DNA from: Rhizophagus irregularis
Lineage: Eukaryota
DNA length: 64,000 nt
Reading direction: 5' to 3'
NCBI RefSeq assembly: GCF_026210795.1
Contig: NC_089434.1
Location: 1,798,001-1,862,000, forward strand
The notes beneath the pieces are model-generated. The model did no database searches. It was not told the origin of the DNA and saw nothing but the letters and a program-made list of their open reading frames with translations. Position 1 is the stretch's first letter. Every line of letters begins with the position of its first letter. The position numbers were made by a program, and so were the translations under genes. This document shows, in pieces, positions 41,086 through 54,940 of the stretch.

Positions 41086-42138
41086 ATGTCAAACACTATT
41101 ATAACATCTAGATTAACGGAAGAACGTAGACAATGGAGAAAAGATCATCCTTATGTTGATTTCTATTAAGAAAAAAATTTTTTCCTGTTTTTTTTATTTG
41201 TCATCCTAATATCCAATAATATGTATTAACTATTATAATTGCCTTATTTAGGGGTTTTATGCTCGGCCCCAAAAGAACGATGATGGTACTTTAAATTTGT
41301 TTATTTGGAATGTTGGCATACCTGGTGTAAAAGACGTAAGTATTTTGAAAATAAAGTTCGAAATTGTCGATCGGATCGATATTTTAGATTATGTTTATAA
41401 TCGGTTACAAAATCATTTAAATTATTATTTAGACGCCTTGGGAAAATGGGACTTATAAGCTTGTAATGTTTTTTCCTCAAGGTAAATAATTATTATAGAA
41501 AAACTGAAAGAATTTTTTAAATATAAATGAACACTAATTTGTTTTGGTTTTGTATAGAGTACCCGGCAAAACCTCCGAAATGTAAGTGTTTGAAAGTTTA
41601 AAAATTTGAAACACTGAATTATAACTTTTCTGTTTATATTTTTTTAGGCAAGTTCGCTCCACCTTTATTTCATCCTAACGTTTATCCCTCCGGGACAGTT
41701 TGTTTATCGATTTTGAATGAAGAAGAAGGTTGGAAACCTGGTATTACTATTAAGCAGGTAAAGTTTTTTTTAATCCAAATTGTATTTTGTAGAGAATTCA
41801 TTTATTGATTATGATACTCCTCTTTTAGATCGTGCTTGGTATTCAACAACTTTTAAACGAACCTAATCCACAAAGTCCTGCTCAAGCGGAAGCTTACGAA
41901 TTATTTAAGTAACTTATCGATCTAAATATTTTGATTTTAAAGATTTTGTATTGACTTTTGCTAAATATTATTTTATTCCATCTAATACAGAAGGGACAAA
42001 GCAGCATACGAACAACGCGTCAGACAACAAGCCAAAGAAAATATAATGAGGTAAGTTATTTTTTTTGGAAGCATTTATTATTAATTTATTGATGTAATCA
42101 TCCAGCTAAGAAAAATTTGTCACTTGTTATTTAGATGA
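41086..42138 (+). CDS. UBC9: SUMO-conjugating enzyme E2
   Basis: Spliced [52 protein letters not shown]. Missed by the ORF track because the exons are tiny. Confidence 0.95.
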
Positions 42139-43724
42139 TATATTTTCCGAACGTGTCGTGTTTACTTTACTATATGATATCAATTTGATTCAAAAATAAA
42201 CGATATAACGAAGGACAAATATATGGGAGATGTTTTTTTTAGATATATGAAAATTTTATTTGTATATTTTCTTTGAAATTTTGTAATTCACAAAAAAAAA
42301 AAATTTTTTTTTCTTTTATTGTCCTAAAATGTTAGTGAGATCTTAAATTTTCTTCGTTTATTGTTTTATAATCAAATACTATTCAATTAATTCGAAAATA
42401 GATTATGTATATATAATTAGTACAGTACAAAAATATTTTTTTTCTTAATTCAACTCCCTGTAACTGTTGATCAATTCATAACAATCAGTTCTAGAACTAA
42501 GTTCTAAATTGTTGGAAAATTTGAAAGAACGTAAAGAGAAAATAACAACATGAATTTATTTCTCTCATCTATTAATTACATATTGTATTCATATTCATTG
42601 AAATGCCAAATGTATTAAAAGTTAACGTCCAAATCTTTCGGAAAATATGCCGAAACGTGAAATAACATTTCCTGAGCATTTTCCGGCGCAAAGTCTGTTA
42701 AATTAAGCATCTAGTTAGTGATTCTGACGGCCACAGTTGATCCAGGCACCAATTTTCTAATCATGTCTGAGGATATATCTAAACAATCAAAGCTAATGGT
42801 CGATATAAAAGAAAAACATAATTTTAGAGGCATTGCCACTACTTTCACAGAATCGCATGTTTAAGACATTGAAGCAATCGAACTAAAGTAGAAGAATTGA
42901 ATTTGAACTAATTTAAAATATTAAAAAGTTTCATGAATTATTTTATTGGTGGCTGCAGTTATATATACACACTAGATCGAAATTCTCGATTCTAATATAC
43001 AAAGATATATATACGTGATTATTTGATTATTTCATTTCATATGAAAGATCCGTTAAATTCATTCGAACGACAATAATTTATGTACTACTCTATCTTTGAT
43101 ATTTTTTTTTTTTAAAAAAAAAAGGAAAGTGATTCTCAGAAAAACCACTAAACATTCATTTACATCTACATCAATTTGAATTGCGCTTAAATAGTTTGGT
43201 AAATAACGTATTAATTATTTTTGAATGATATAACAAAGAATGCTTGTGCCACAAAGTTACCCAATTCAAATTTCGAATTTTAATAGACTTGAGCTTTATA
43301 AATTTCTCAATGAGGGCTAAAACATCATATCATTAATATGAACTCTGTCAGCCTCAAATTTCCGATTTGAGATTTGGAGTAATGTAATCCATGAGTTAAT
43401 TAGTTTAAAGACATGTATCATTAGAAGAATTGAGTCAGAATATTATATATTAATTAAAAATAAAAACAAACTTATACTATTTTCTGTCATTCTTAAAGAA
43501 GATTCGGAATTTCAATTATGGTTTTTTTAAGCTTTTTTAAGCTTTTTTTAAACTTCGTGAATCAGACAGATATCATGCGTATCTTTTCATTATCTAGTTA
43601 TATATATAAAGGCCTAAAGCTTATGAATAATGAAAAATTTTATTATTAGATTGCATTCGCTTTTTTTCTTTTTTTCTTCTTTCAATAAAACACAAATTAT
43701 ATTTGTATAGCCTCAAATATACAA

Positions 43725-44960
43725 ATGGTTACTTCAGAAAATAAAAAATTCTTTAATAATGATGGGAGTGAATTCACTTTTGATTTTGAAAATTTCATCA
43801 AGAATGAATTAGGAATCGGAAAAAAAACCGGTAAAATAAAAATAAATTTCATTATTACCTCGATCAATAATTGATTATTATTAAATATCGATTTTTTTTT
43901 TAAAAAAAAAATATATATATATATTATATAAGAGAAAGTGGCAAATCAATCTAATGAAATTTGTCAAGATTTTCTACGTGGAATTTGTACAAGGACAAAA
44001 TGTAAATACCAGCATAAAATCAGAAAATTTATCGTTTGCAAATACTGGTTACGTGGATTATGTATGAAAGGGGAAGAACAATGCGAATATTTACACGAAT
44101 ATGATTTATCAAAAATGCCAAAATGTGCACATTATAGATTATATGGTGTATGTAATTCAATAAATTGCATTTATTCGCATGATAAAGTTGAATCTGAAAG
44201 ATGTAATTGGTACGATCGTGGATTCTGTAGAAAAGGTAAGTACTTATTACACGAATCATTAGTCTGTTATATATATATATATTGACTTTCCCCTTTTTAA
44301 TATTTTTAATACAGGTCTAACATGTAATAAGAAACATGTAAAACAAATTGCCTGTCAATTGTACTTGACCGGATTTTGTCCTCGTGGACCTTCTTGCCCT
44401 AATGGACAGTAAGTACTTTACCAGAAAAGGCATGGAAATTTTTCCTCTATAATTAAATTTTTTTTATTTCTCATTAGCCCTAAAATGGATTTAACCGATA
44501 AACATCGCGGGATTTCGTTCTTCAATAAAAACGTATATAACGAGATGATGGATTTAATCAAGGAGGGTGGTGACGATTTTGTAAGTGCATTTTTCCTTTT
44601 AATTTTTAGTTCATTTTTCTATAGAATCGGTCCATTGGAAACAATTAGTAGATTTATCCTGCTTAATAGATATTAAAAATCTAACCAAAACTGATAAAGT
44701 GGATACGCCTTATTGAGAAAAGGCCATAATAACTAAATCTGAAATTTATTTTCATTTTGTATGTACAGCAAGAAAACATACGAGCTAAGAGTTATAATTT
44801 ACCTTATAAGAATGTTACTTGTTTTAATGTAAATAAATTTTTTAAATAAAATATCAAGATTTCCTTTTTTATTTATCAATCATTTACTAAATGTATGTAT
44901 CTCTTTCTACGCCAATAGTGTGGAAAGAAGGGTCATCTGGCAAGAAACTGTCCCGCTTAA
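43725..44960 (+). CDS. YTH1: mRNA 3'-end processing factor Yth1/CPSF30-like (five CCCH fingers + CCHC knuckle)
   Basis: FTFDFENFI, VCKYWLRGLCMKG..CEYLHEYDLSKMPKC, CNWYDRGFC, CQLYLTGFCPRGPSC, terminal CFNCGKKGHLARNC. Confidence 0.85.
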
Positions 44961-45362
44961 TTTCTTTGATAATTCCTTAGACATTAATATAATTTGCTGA
45001 TAACAATACTAATTTACTTATGCAGGAAATATGATATTGCTTATAATTATTCACTATTAATATCAGATATAGAATAGAATTTATTTGCTAGACTTTAATT
45101 ATGTTGGTTCTTTTGAAATAAGTAACTTCATGGCGGATCTATTGATAAAGCTTCATAAAAAACATTGCTCTCTCAAATAATTTTCAAAAATGTTGTAATT
45201 CTTAATTTGTAAATAGTGTTTACAAACTTGTTAAAAAAAGTTTTATTTATTTTCTTTTTTTTTAATATTGTAATATCAACTTGTTAATTTATATTTATTA
45301 TCTCAAGATTACATCCAATGAATTTTATCCAGATCATATTCTAGTGAAAGCGAAAAATGTAT

Positions 45363-46531
45363 TTATAATTCATCTCGTTCTTCAGGATAGATTTCTCTGA
45401 CTTTATCTCCAATGATCTCCAATGCAGCTAAATTACTGCCATAATGTTCGGATAATCCAACGTCAATAACATACACTTTTCCATGAAATCTTGACTTGAT
45501 CTTTTTACCAAGAACCGTATGTCCAACCACCATTCTCTTAATCTTTAAATTAAAAAAAGAGGGTGTAATTATTTATAATTGAATTAAACAAAAAAAAAAT
45601 AATAATCTAATTTAAACGATCAGATATAAACTAACCTTTAGCACTTCTAGGACTTCATCTACTTCCTTTTCGGTCGCCTTATCATCATTATAAGCAAACT
45701 TTCTGTTCCAAAGTGGCCCATCAGGATGAACAATGCTAATTTCATCACTGGCAGCAATTACTTTTTGCTTCCCATCAGCTAAAGCATCTGTACATTTCTC
45801 AACTAGACCTGCTCCAAGTTGGTTAATTTTCTCGATACCTTTATTTGCCCATTGTAAGTTAACACCTCCATGAACAAATAATGTATCTTGTTCAACAATT
45901 GCAACAACTTGGAAAGAGGACCTGAATGACTTTCCAATATATCCTTTAGAGGAGAATGCGGCAATTCGAGCTTTTTTTGATCCAAAAGTGTTGATATCTT
46001 CAGGAGTCACATATCTCCAATCCAATTGAAGATTCATAAGTTCATGATTACCAAAAAGATTTATAACCTATGGTACAAAAAAGATAATTATTATGCCATG
46101 GTAAAATAAATTAAATTAATTAAACGCTACGATTAATATTTTTACCTTTCCTCCGACCTTTTCCGCTTCTTTTCGTAATTTCTCGAAGAATTCATAAATC
46201 ATTAGGCAATCAGGACCTCTATCGACTATGTCACCCTATAGATATTCTTTGAACATTATGGAGAAATTTAAATAATAAAATTTGAAATAGAAATAATAAT
46301 TACTGTTTGAACCAGAATTCCATTACTACCAGACCAATTCTTGTTATCGTCAATTATGTTAGCTAAATGCAAAACTTTAATTGTTTGTTTATAATCTCCA
46401 TGTAAGTCTCCTATTGCAACTATTCTACGAGGTGAGTGAATTTCATTTGACTTGACTATGAAATTAGAATAAAAAAAATTTAAGTTTAGACTTAAAATTA
46501 TAACCAAAAGAAATTGTTTCTTGGACGACAT
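45363..46531 (-). CDS. Shewanella-like (SLP/Ppn2-type) metallophosphoesterase with a signal sequence and C-terminal RDEL
   Basis: Motifs GDLHG, GDIVDRGPD, GNHE, FVHGG, GPLWNR, VVGHT, IDVGLS; ends PEERDEL-TAA. Confidence 0.88.
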
Positions 46532-47416
46532 GTATATTTAATAAATAATAAAAAATAAATATGGTTTTAAAAGAAGTGTTTAAGTAATTTGCTTAAACTG
46601 CATTTAGAAGATCATTTAAAAAATTTAAAAAGGAAAATTTAATTCGTAAATAAGTTATTTCATAATCATAAGAAGAGAAAAAGTTCAAGAATTTTTTTTT
46701 TTTTTTTTTTTTTAGAGATAATGGAGATAATGGAAGATAAGTAAATAATGAATCGGCGTTTTTAAAATACACGCATTCCGGTATCACGCGTTAAGACTGT
46801 GTTAAGGTAAGTTTTTTTTCTTTTGGAATGGTTGGATTGATCATTGAGTGTGATTGGTTCTTCTAACGAATTAAAAGCGTGTGTTGAATTGCTATTTAAA
46901 GAAAAGGGTTGTTCCCATTATAAGCTTTAAGATTAAATTAAAATTTGGATCTATCACGAAAAATTTATTTACGAATCACATGATAACGTTAAAATACATA
47001 GAGGTTCTTCGACTTGTACCAAGATTAAATTCAGATCATCTCTATAAAAACTTCAAATTCAGGTAATAATGTTTGTAAGAACATCGGACAAACAACAGAG
47101 GATTTGTTCCCATGTACTTTCTTTTATTTGTGATTTCGATTGGCATAATGGCATTTATTAATTAGAATGAATACTATAATTTATAGGAAAAGAATTCGTC
47201 CGAATTAAATTTTAATAGCATTAGTTAGGAATATAATAGTAACATAGAGTCATTAAAAAGTATGTGATAAATCGTGATATCGCGACTAGCATTACGAATT
47301 TTGTTGATCATTTTGTTTATAAGTATCATGCATTAGAATTTACACTACCCAATGTCATACATGTATTTACATTCTTCGACGGTGAATAATTAATTACATT
47401 CTTCCACCTAACCTTT

Positions 47417-47455
47417 TAGTTTCTTGTAGTTTCTTGTAGTTTCTTGTAGTTTCTA
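47417..47455. repeat. Tandem 10-bp repeat (TAGTTTCTTG, about 4 copies) just upstream of the symplekin ATG
   Basis: Directly visible in the sequence. Confidence 0.8.
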
Positions 47456-47465
47456 GTATTAAATC

Positions 47466-50400
47466 ATGAACAACACATATGTCTTCGAAGATAAAAGGGT
47501 CTCGGTGTTGTTGGATCAAGCTACAGAAAAACAAAAAGAAGTACAAACAAGATTAGATGCTTTGAATTCATTTAAACAATTAGTTGAGGAACAAAGTATT
47601 ATATTACAGCCCGAAATATTACATACAATTAGTGGTTTATTGCGAGATTCTGTAAATGAAATAAAAGAATGGATTGTAGATTTTTTGGATTTTACTTTTA
47701 TGAAAATTGGATTATCGCGGACATTACGGAAAGATAGTATGTTTCTTTTTTGATTTCAACTGGAAATTTTTTAATTATAATTTAGGAGTAATATAGGGAA
47801 TATATCCTTCTTTATAAGAATAGATTTTATTTTATTTCATTTTTTTTTTTAGTTAGGAAGGTTTAAATAAATGTTAAATAATAAAAAAAAAATTTAAATA
47901 AAAAAAAAATTTTATTTCCCTTAAACAAATTATTGTTTTAATGACATATTATTAATAATTTTGTGAAATAAATGTACATTGAACCAGGTTTAGAAAAAGT
48001 GTTACCTTCCATAGGATATATTATCAACTACGAATCATCTCCTGCTATAATTAAAAAAGCAATACTTTGGAATGCGTCAGTTTATCCATTAATATTTGAA
48101 AGAGTGTGAGTTCATTTGATGAAAATCTTTCAGTTACTTTTTCGTCAGTGAGAAAATTTTTTTTGGTTTAAGTGCAATTATTGGGTATTCAATTTGCTAA
48201 TTTTCAGATCTAAAATTTTTCTATTGGATTATGTTTTATAAAGAGTCGAAAATGCATCAGATTCCACTTCTCTTTGGAATATTTCTTTATCTATCAAGTC
48301 TCAAATAATGAGATTTTTTGATTCAGAAAATACTAGTCAAGGCATTAAATTTTGTGCCGTTAAGTACCTTGTAACGGTTGCAAAAGTTCAATCTCGTCGT
48401 ATGCCGGATTCTTTGGTAATTTTTTTGTTTTAATTAGTTAATTAGTTAATTTTTACTTAAAGAGAAAAAATATTTATCTTGTGATTTGTGATTTTCTTTT
48501 TTTCCTTCGATTTTAGGGTAAACCTGAAGAAGACATTTCGTTGTCCCATTGTCATTCTTTACATCCCATATTGGATTTACAATATCTTGAAAAAGAGTCA
48601 ATTTCAATCGTTAATGGAATGTTGACAGTAATGCGAACAGAGTTAGTACAAATAAATGATGCCGTTCTATTATTTGTATAAGTGGTTAACATAATTGTTT
48701 TATAGATCAAGTAGCGTCATTACGGCTATAATCAATGCGTTTGGACCCTTATTGAGGGTAAGACCACAATATGTCTTAACATTTGTTAATCATGTTGTAT
48801 CATGGACTAAAATCCCGGAAAGAAACTTGCGTTTAAGTCAATTTCAGATTAGGAGTGTTAATAAGTCTATGAAGGTGCAATTGATGGCATTATTAAGGTG
48901 ATAGTGATAATTTATTAATTTTAAATTTTTTTTTTATTAAAAAAAAATTTTGGTGATTATTAAAAATTCAATTTCACTTTTAATAGAATACATGAAAATG
49001 CAACTTTCGTTATGGAAATTCTTAATGCTATAATTGCATTAGGAGGCAAGAATGATCCTTCCAAGTTTCCAAGACAGTTCCGTAGGCATTTACAAAGAGA
49101 TTCTATTGAAGAAAATGGACGTGGAGCTGTACAAAGGATTCCAAATACTCAACAATCAAATATTAGTGTAAGTAATTCATCGAAATCAATTATTATTATT
49201 TTTATAATATTAGTAATTTATTAATATTATTTTCTTAATGTTATTTATATAAAGTTTGATCCTTCGCAATTTGCGCTTCCTTTTGTTGTTGAAGTCATTT
49301 GTTTAGTTTTAAAAACGATTCCACAAGAAAGATTGAATCAAGCTAAAAAGGTTTGTAGTGTGAACATTTTATTTTGAGATTTCATCAACCGGTTAAATTA
49401 TTGATCCTAGGGATAATAGTTTATGATGGTCAATACTCGATAAGCGGAACCCTATGTTTTATTCGGAAAAACTTGAAAATCGATAGATAAGTTTCTTAAA
49501 TACTGAAATATATAGGATCCTCATTTCATAACGATAAGTAAAGTAATTAAGTGGGTCGATAACATGTTGTCTAATAACCAGGCAAATTATATCACAAATG
49601 TTCACCTTGTATAACACAATTTTCTAATTTCCTATTATTCAATTTAAATGCTATTAGGCAATACAAGAACGAAATGCCAAACAAGCAGCATTAGCAGCAC
49701 CATCAGTACCGCAGCCTGAAACTGAATCAAAACCAAAAGTTCGGGATCAAAAACCACGTGATCCACGTTTAGAAGAGGAGGAAGAAGAGGATGATGATGA
49801 TGAGTATGACGCGGGTAATGCGATCATTGTTGAAGATGACAGATTGGAAAGAGTGATAAATGAAATAGTTCAAGAAATACCTTTAGATTCTGATTCTGAT
49901 TTATCAGTTGAAATGGAAGATAAAAAATTCAAATATGAACCTACGTCTCCTCCATATGAAGTTAATGATATGGATATCGAGGATGTTTACAATGATGATA
50001 TTGCTGCAGAGCCACCGAAATCAGATATGATGGAAGATATAACTCCAACTCCACCTGAAGTCGAATCAACGCCGGAACCACAAGTTGTTTCTATTCCCGC
50101 TTTCAAATTTCAACCTTATGCCCTTCCACCTCCTGAATCTTTATCACATGATCAATCTAATTCTTTCATAAAAAATGCCTTTGAAAATATATTGGACGTT
50201 GAAGCTGCGTTATCTGCTGATGTAAAAGATAAACGTTCGAATGTTGTTCTGACAACTTTGTCTAATGGGAAACGACTGTCAAAGTCACAATTGCACATAA
50301 TGGCTTCAAGGTTTTTGACGCGAGGTCTTGAGACTTTTGAGGATGATCGTAAACAATTTGATGATTTAAGAGAATTGGTCATTAAATTCATACTGAAAGA

Positions 50401-52687
50401 TTTCAGAAATAAGTAAGTTTTTTATTTAGTAACCTTTTTTAGTGAAAATTGAATTCACCAAATTATTTTAAATTTTCTTAATCAGAACGGATTTTGCGTT
50501 AACATGGCTTGACGAGGAATGGTATCATGACTCCATCATGTTGCGTAAAGACCCATCATATGTAAGAACTATTTCTTCCTGTTATTATTATTATTATTAT
50601 TTTCTATGTTGCTATGAATAATAATTTATTAAATTTAAATTTTTTTCAGAAATCCAATTACTCAATTTGGTTATGTAGATTGTTAGACAGGATTATGCCA
50701 GCACTTGAAGATCGTATATTTACACAATTTCTCTTAGATGTTCCCGAATTGTTTGAAGATGCTGTTGATCGCATCAAGATCTTTTGTAACGATCCTGATA
50801 GGTGATTATGCATTCACGTCTTAAAATAGTTTTTAACCAAATTAATGACCGAGTTAAAATTTTATCTTGGTCCTTTATAGGAGTTCTCTTGGATTCACTA
50901 CTCTAAGCGAATTGATCGAACTTCGGCCACCAGCAAGACCATTTTGTCTAAAAATCCTATTAGCATATTGTCTGCATAAAGGTCAATAATTTAGATAAAA
51001 ATCATTTTAGTAAAATTTATATTATTTTGACACGATTTTTTCTTTTGATAAAATTCAGATGAACGGCCAAGAAGTTCCGCTATTACTACCGCTAACAAAT
51101 GGTTTCCAGTTCATCCAGTGATTGGTGGCGAGGTTGAATCTTTTGCATTACAGTCATTAAAACAACTTACCCAAGAGGTACCGCCTCCAACGTACGACTA
51201 TCATTATCATCATAGTGAAGTTTCAGAATTAGCAAAGGAAGAAGTAAAAGACGAGGAAAAGAAATGGACACAAATAGACGTAGAGCGACATCTTGATTTA
51301 TTTCTTTCTTTGTGTGCAAAAAAAAGACAATTATTTGAAAAGTAGATATATTTTGATTTATTTCATATATATATATATATATATATTATCTTAAAGATTC
51401 TAACATTTTTATTTTTTTAAAGATTAGTTTCAATCTACATCGAATCATCAGATTCCATTCAAAAGTTTATTCGTAATTACTCACAAAAAATTATTGATAC
51501 AATTGGGTTAACTGGATTAATAGAATTATTCCAAACTTTTCCAGACGGTGCTGAAGATTTTGTATTGAGATTATTAATCGTATATACAAATAAGACAGGT
51601 AATTATTTAAAGGATACATGGTTTATTCATTCTTGGAATTATTGTATTAATGATTTTTACATAATTAAGTGCAACCGCCAACACAGTTAATAAATACTGC
51701 AAAGTCTGTAATTGTACAGAGAAATCTAGATGGAAGATTTCTATTTCCGATTATTGCATACTTTGAAAAGGTACTCTATCTAACTCAATTCATGATGAAA
51801 CTATATAGATATTAATATATTTTTATTATAATAAAATAAAGGAAGAAATATTACGACATCTTCCTAAAGTCATATTAACGCTTGATGCAACAGAAAAACA
51901 GAGAGAAATTGTAAAAAAAGTTTTCTCGAAGATTATAACAATTTCTGCAAAAACTCCTACACCACTGGAACCAAGAGAATTGTTGGTTTTTTTACATCAA
52001 TTGAAGCAAAATGAAGTTCCATTAAAACACTCTGTTGAAGGTAAACGTTATTTATATGTTGATTTTATTTTGTCACATCGAATGTTTATTTATTCTTTAA
52101 TAAATTTTGTAGCAATTCATGTGTGCTTTAAGTTAACAAATATATTCACTTCACAAATATTGGGTGCGGTGTTGCAGCATTTATCTGTACAACCCGAATT
52201 GCCACCACCTTTTATGAGAACGGTATGATTACTTTGTAACGTGCGATTTATTTTAAAATATTAGTGTTATTAATATAATTATTTTTTTAGGTGACATTGA
52301 GTGTTAGAGCATATAAAAATTTATCTGGATTTGTAAATGAATTATTGTTGCGATATATTAATCAGATTTGGCAGAATGAGATGTTACGTAAAGGATTTAT
52401 ATTGTATTGTACAGAATATTGCCTTAAGGTAAGTAATTATTGTATCTTGAATATTTATCTTTAGATATATTATAATGTAATAATGGCATATTTATATCTT
52501 TATTTAGATACAACCAAATGATTTTAAATTCTTATTACGATTACCTAAAACTCAAATATTAGACGTATTAGAACAAAGTGATAGTACGTTAAAAAAGCAA
52601 TTTAGAAACACTATATTAGAATCTAATGCAGATCAAAGACGGTTACTACCAGGATATTTGATTGAATTGTTAGAAATCAATAATTAA
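47466..52687 (+). CDS. SYMPK: Symplekin / Pta1 scaffold of the cleavage-polyadenylation complex
   Basis: Many-exon HEAT-like protein with QIRSVNK, PRDPRL, WLDEEWY, IFTQFLLDVPEL, ELIELRPP, HLDLFLSLCAKK, LDGRFLFPII, LEPRELLVFLH, LPPPFMRTV. Confidence 0.85.
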
Positions 52688-53787
52688 AATTAGTTTCAAC
52701 TTTTTTTTTCCTTTTAAATAATTGTTAATCAAATAAAATTTGTTTAAGTTTTGTAATTTATTAGTATAATTTTCTGATTTACTTGAATAAAATGAATAAA
52801 ATAAGAAATTTTGAATTTAAATAAATAAAATATACTTTTAATATATAATGCTTTTAGATTTACATTATCTATTCTTCAATCTTATATTTGATTCGCCATA
52901 ATGAGACGTGGTATTTTTATAACTTTAACTTCAATAGATGAAAAAGTTATTGGCATTTTACTGTTTGAAGCTTTTTGAGAATAACTCCCTATTCTATCAA
53001 TACTAGAAACATGAATTTACTGCAATTTGATGCATTTCATTATGGTGATTCTAATGAGCTTTACTTTATCTTTTTATGATCATGATAAGTTATTATGATT
53101 TAACTTCTTTGAAAAAGGTAAATGTATATATATCATATAATATATTATACTGTATCAAAACTGTTGAAACAATTTCAGCAGGTTTTAGCAGTTTTAGCAG
53201 TTTCAGCATTTCAGATGATTTTGCAAACCTATTTTCAGCAGTTTTATATATACCATTCTGCTAAAACTCTTTAATTTTGGTAAGCAATTTTACTTTATCA
53301 CCACTATACATGCCACCCAAATTATTTTGGGTTGCCATAATTATAAGTAAAATCCTATAAATTAAATGAATTATGGAATTCCAAATTATAATCATGACAT
53401 CCCAAAATAATTTGGGCAACATATATAATCATCACTATTATAACTATTATTATCATCTTTACTATCATTTTTACTACCACTATTTTCATTACTTTTATCA
53501 TTTTATTATTGTTTCTTTCTTTTTTTTTACTTTTTTTATCAATTGACTTTTTTTCATCAGATTTTTCTAACTTTTTGAATCTTATTATTATTTGATTTAT
53601 AATTACTTGATTTTAGTATTTGGTTTATAAAAGCAAATCTGATAAATTATAGTTTTATAACAAAATGTTTTAAGAAATATTGTATCTTAAAATTTATTTT
53701 TAAGATTTCTTACAAAACAGAAGGAATGAGAAAATCATATATCTTTATTTGAATTTTCCAGTACATCTAAACAACAAGTTCATTTTA

Positions 53788-54228
53788 AGTAGTATGAAAA
53801 TGCCGGTTCTGGCTCACCCCCACCATATAATCTAAAATACTACCACTTTATATAATCTAATTACCACCATCATATAACTTAATTACCATCATATAATCCA
53901 CCTACCACTTTTACTATAATTTAACTACCACTTTATATAATCTAGTTACCACCATCATATAATTTTAATTACCACCATATAATCCACCTACCACTTTTCA
54001 TATAATCTAGTTACCATCATATAGTTTTATTACCACCATACAACTCTATTACCACCATACAATCTGAAAAAATTAACCGAACAAGAAATAGGATTTCAAA
54101 GCCAACGGAGCCAAAAAAGATAAGGAAATATTAACCCATCCAGGAAACCAGCCATGGGGTCAATAGAGCGGAATAGCAAGGCAAGTAATTACCCTTATAC
54201 CGAGAAAAAATGTAATTGAATAAAAGGT
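53788..54228 (+). repeat. Left TIR (441 bp) with internal TACCAC(C)ATATAAT-type tandem units
   Basis: Reverse complement of 63108-63549 with one substitution and one 1-nt indel by manual comparison. Confidence 0.95.
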
Positions 54229-54250
54229 TTACATATAAAAGACTTACAAG

Positions 54251-54920
54251 ATGTCACAATACAGACCATCACTAAGACGTATACTAGGTCAGTTTGAACT
54301 CAATATAGAAGAATGGGTAAAGGAAATAATGTGGTATTTAGATATAGTATATTTAAAAGCTTTAGATTCCGAATTTAGCAAAGAAAGTATGTTAGTATCT
54401 GGATTAGAAGAGCTAGTAGAAATATTTGATGAGATGTTAGAAGGTGATGATATATGGATACATCCATCACTTTTATCACGAATAAGATATTCTATTCTAC
54501 CAGATGAGATGGCAATATACGAAAGATTTTTAGATATCATTAAGAACTTCTCAGAGGATAAAGAATTAGCATATGCATTATTAGACTTAGTAGAAATATT
54601 ATCGAAAAAGCCTCTGGACATTCAACATTATAGATTACAATATACAAAGAATATTCACGAATCCTAATGATGAATATAGAAATGAATTCAGCATCTACCA
54701 TATTAAAGGAGATGAAGATATGAACGAAGACACAGATGAAGACATAGATGAAGTAGAGCAGAATGAATTCAATGAATACTATTAGAATCTTGCACCGACC
54801 ACCGAGAGTCAGCTGGATAGACTAAAAAATGAGTTGGCTATAACTCTATGTGACGAATGTCTTATGCCAACAAGCCAAGTTGGGAATGTGATTGCTGGAT
54901 TTTACAAATAGAGGTTTCTA
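54251..54920 (+). CDS. Acidic protein of unknown function (element gene; probably frameshifted near 54660)
   Basis: 138-aa ORF directly after the TIR promoter-like motif; an acidic continuation with a CDEC motif follows in another frame. Confidence 0.5.
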
Positions 54921-54940
54921 GTTCCCAGTGAAACCATTTT

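Noticed and set aside
53820..54065. TACCAC-rich repeats as a telomere
   Set aside because: They are not TTAGGG-type and are mirrored in the opposite TIR, so they belong to the element ends.
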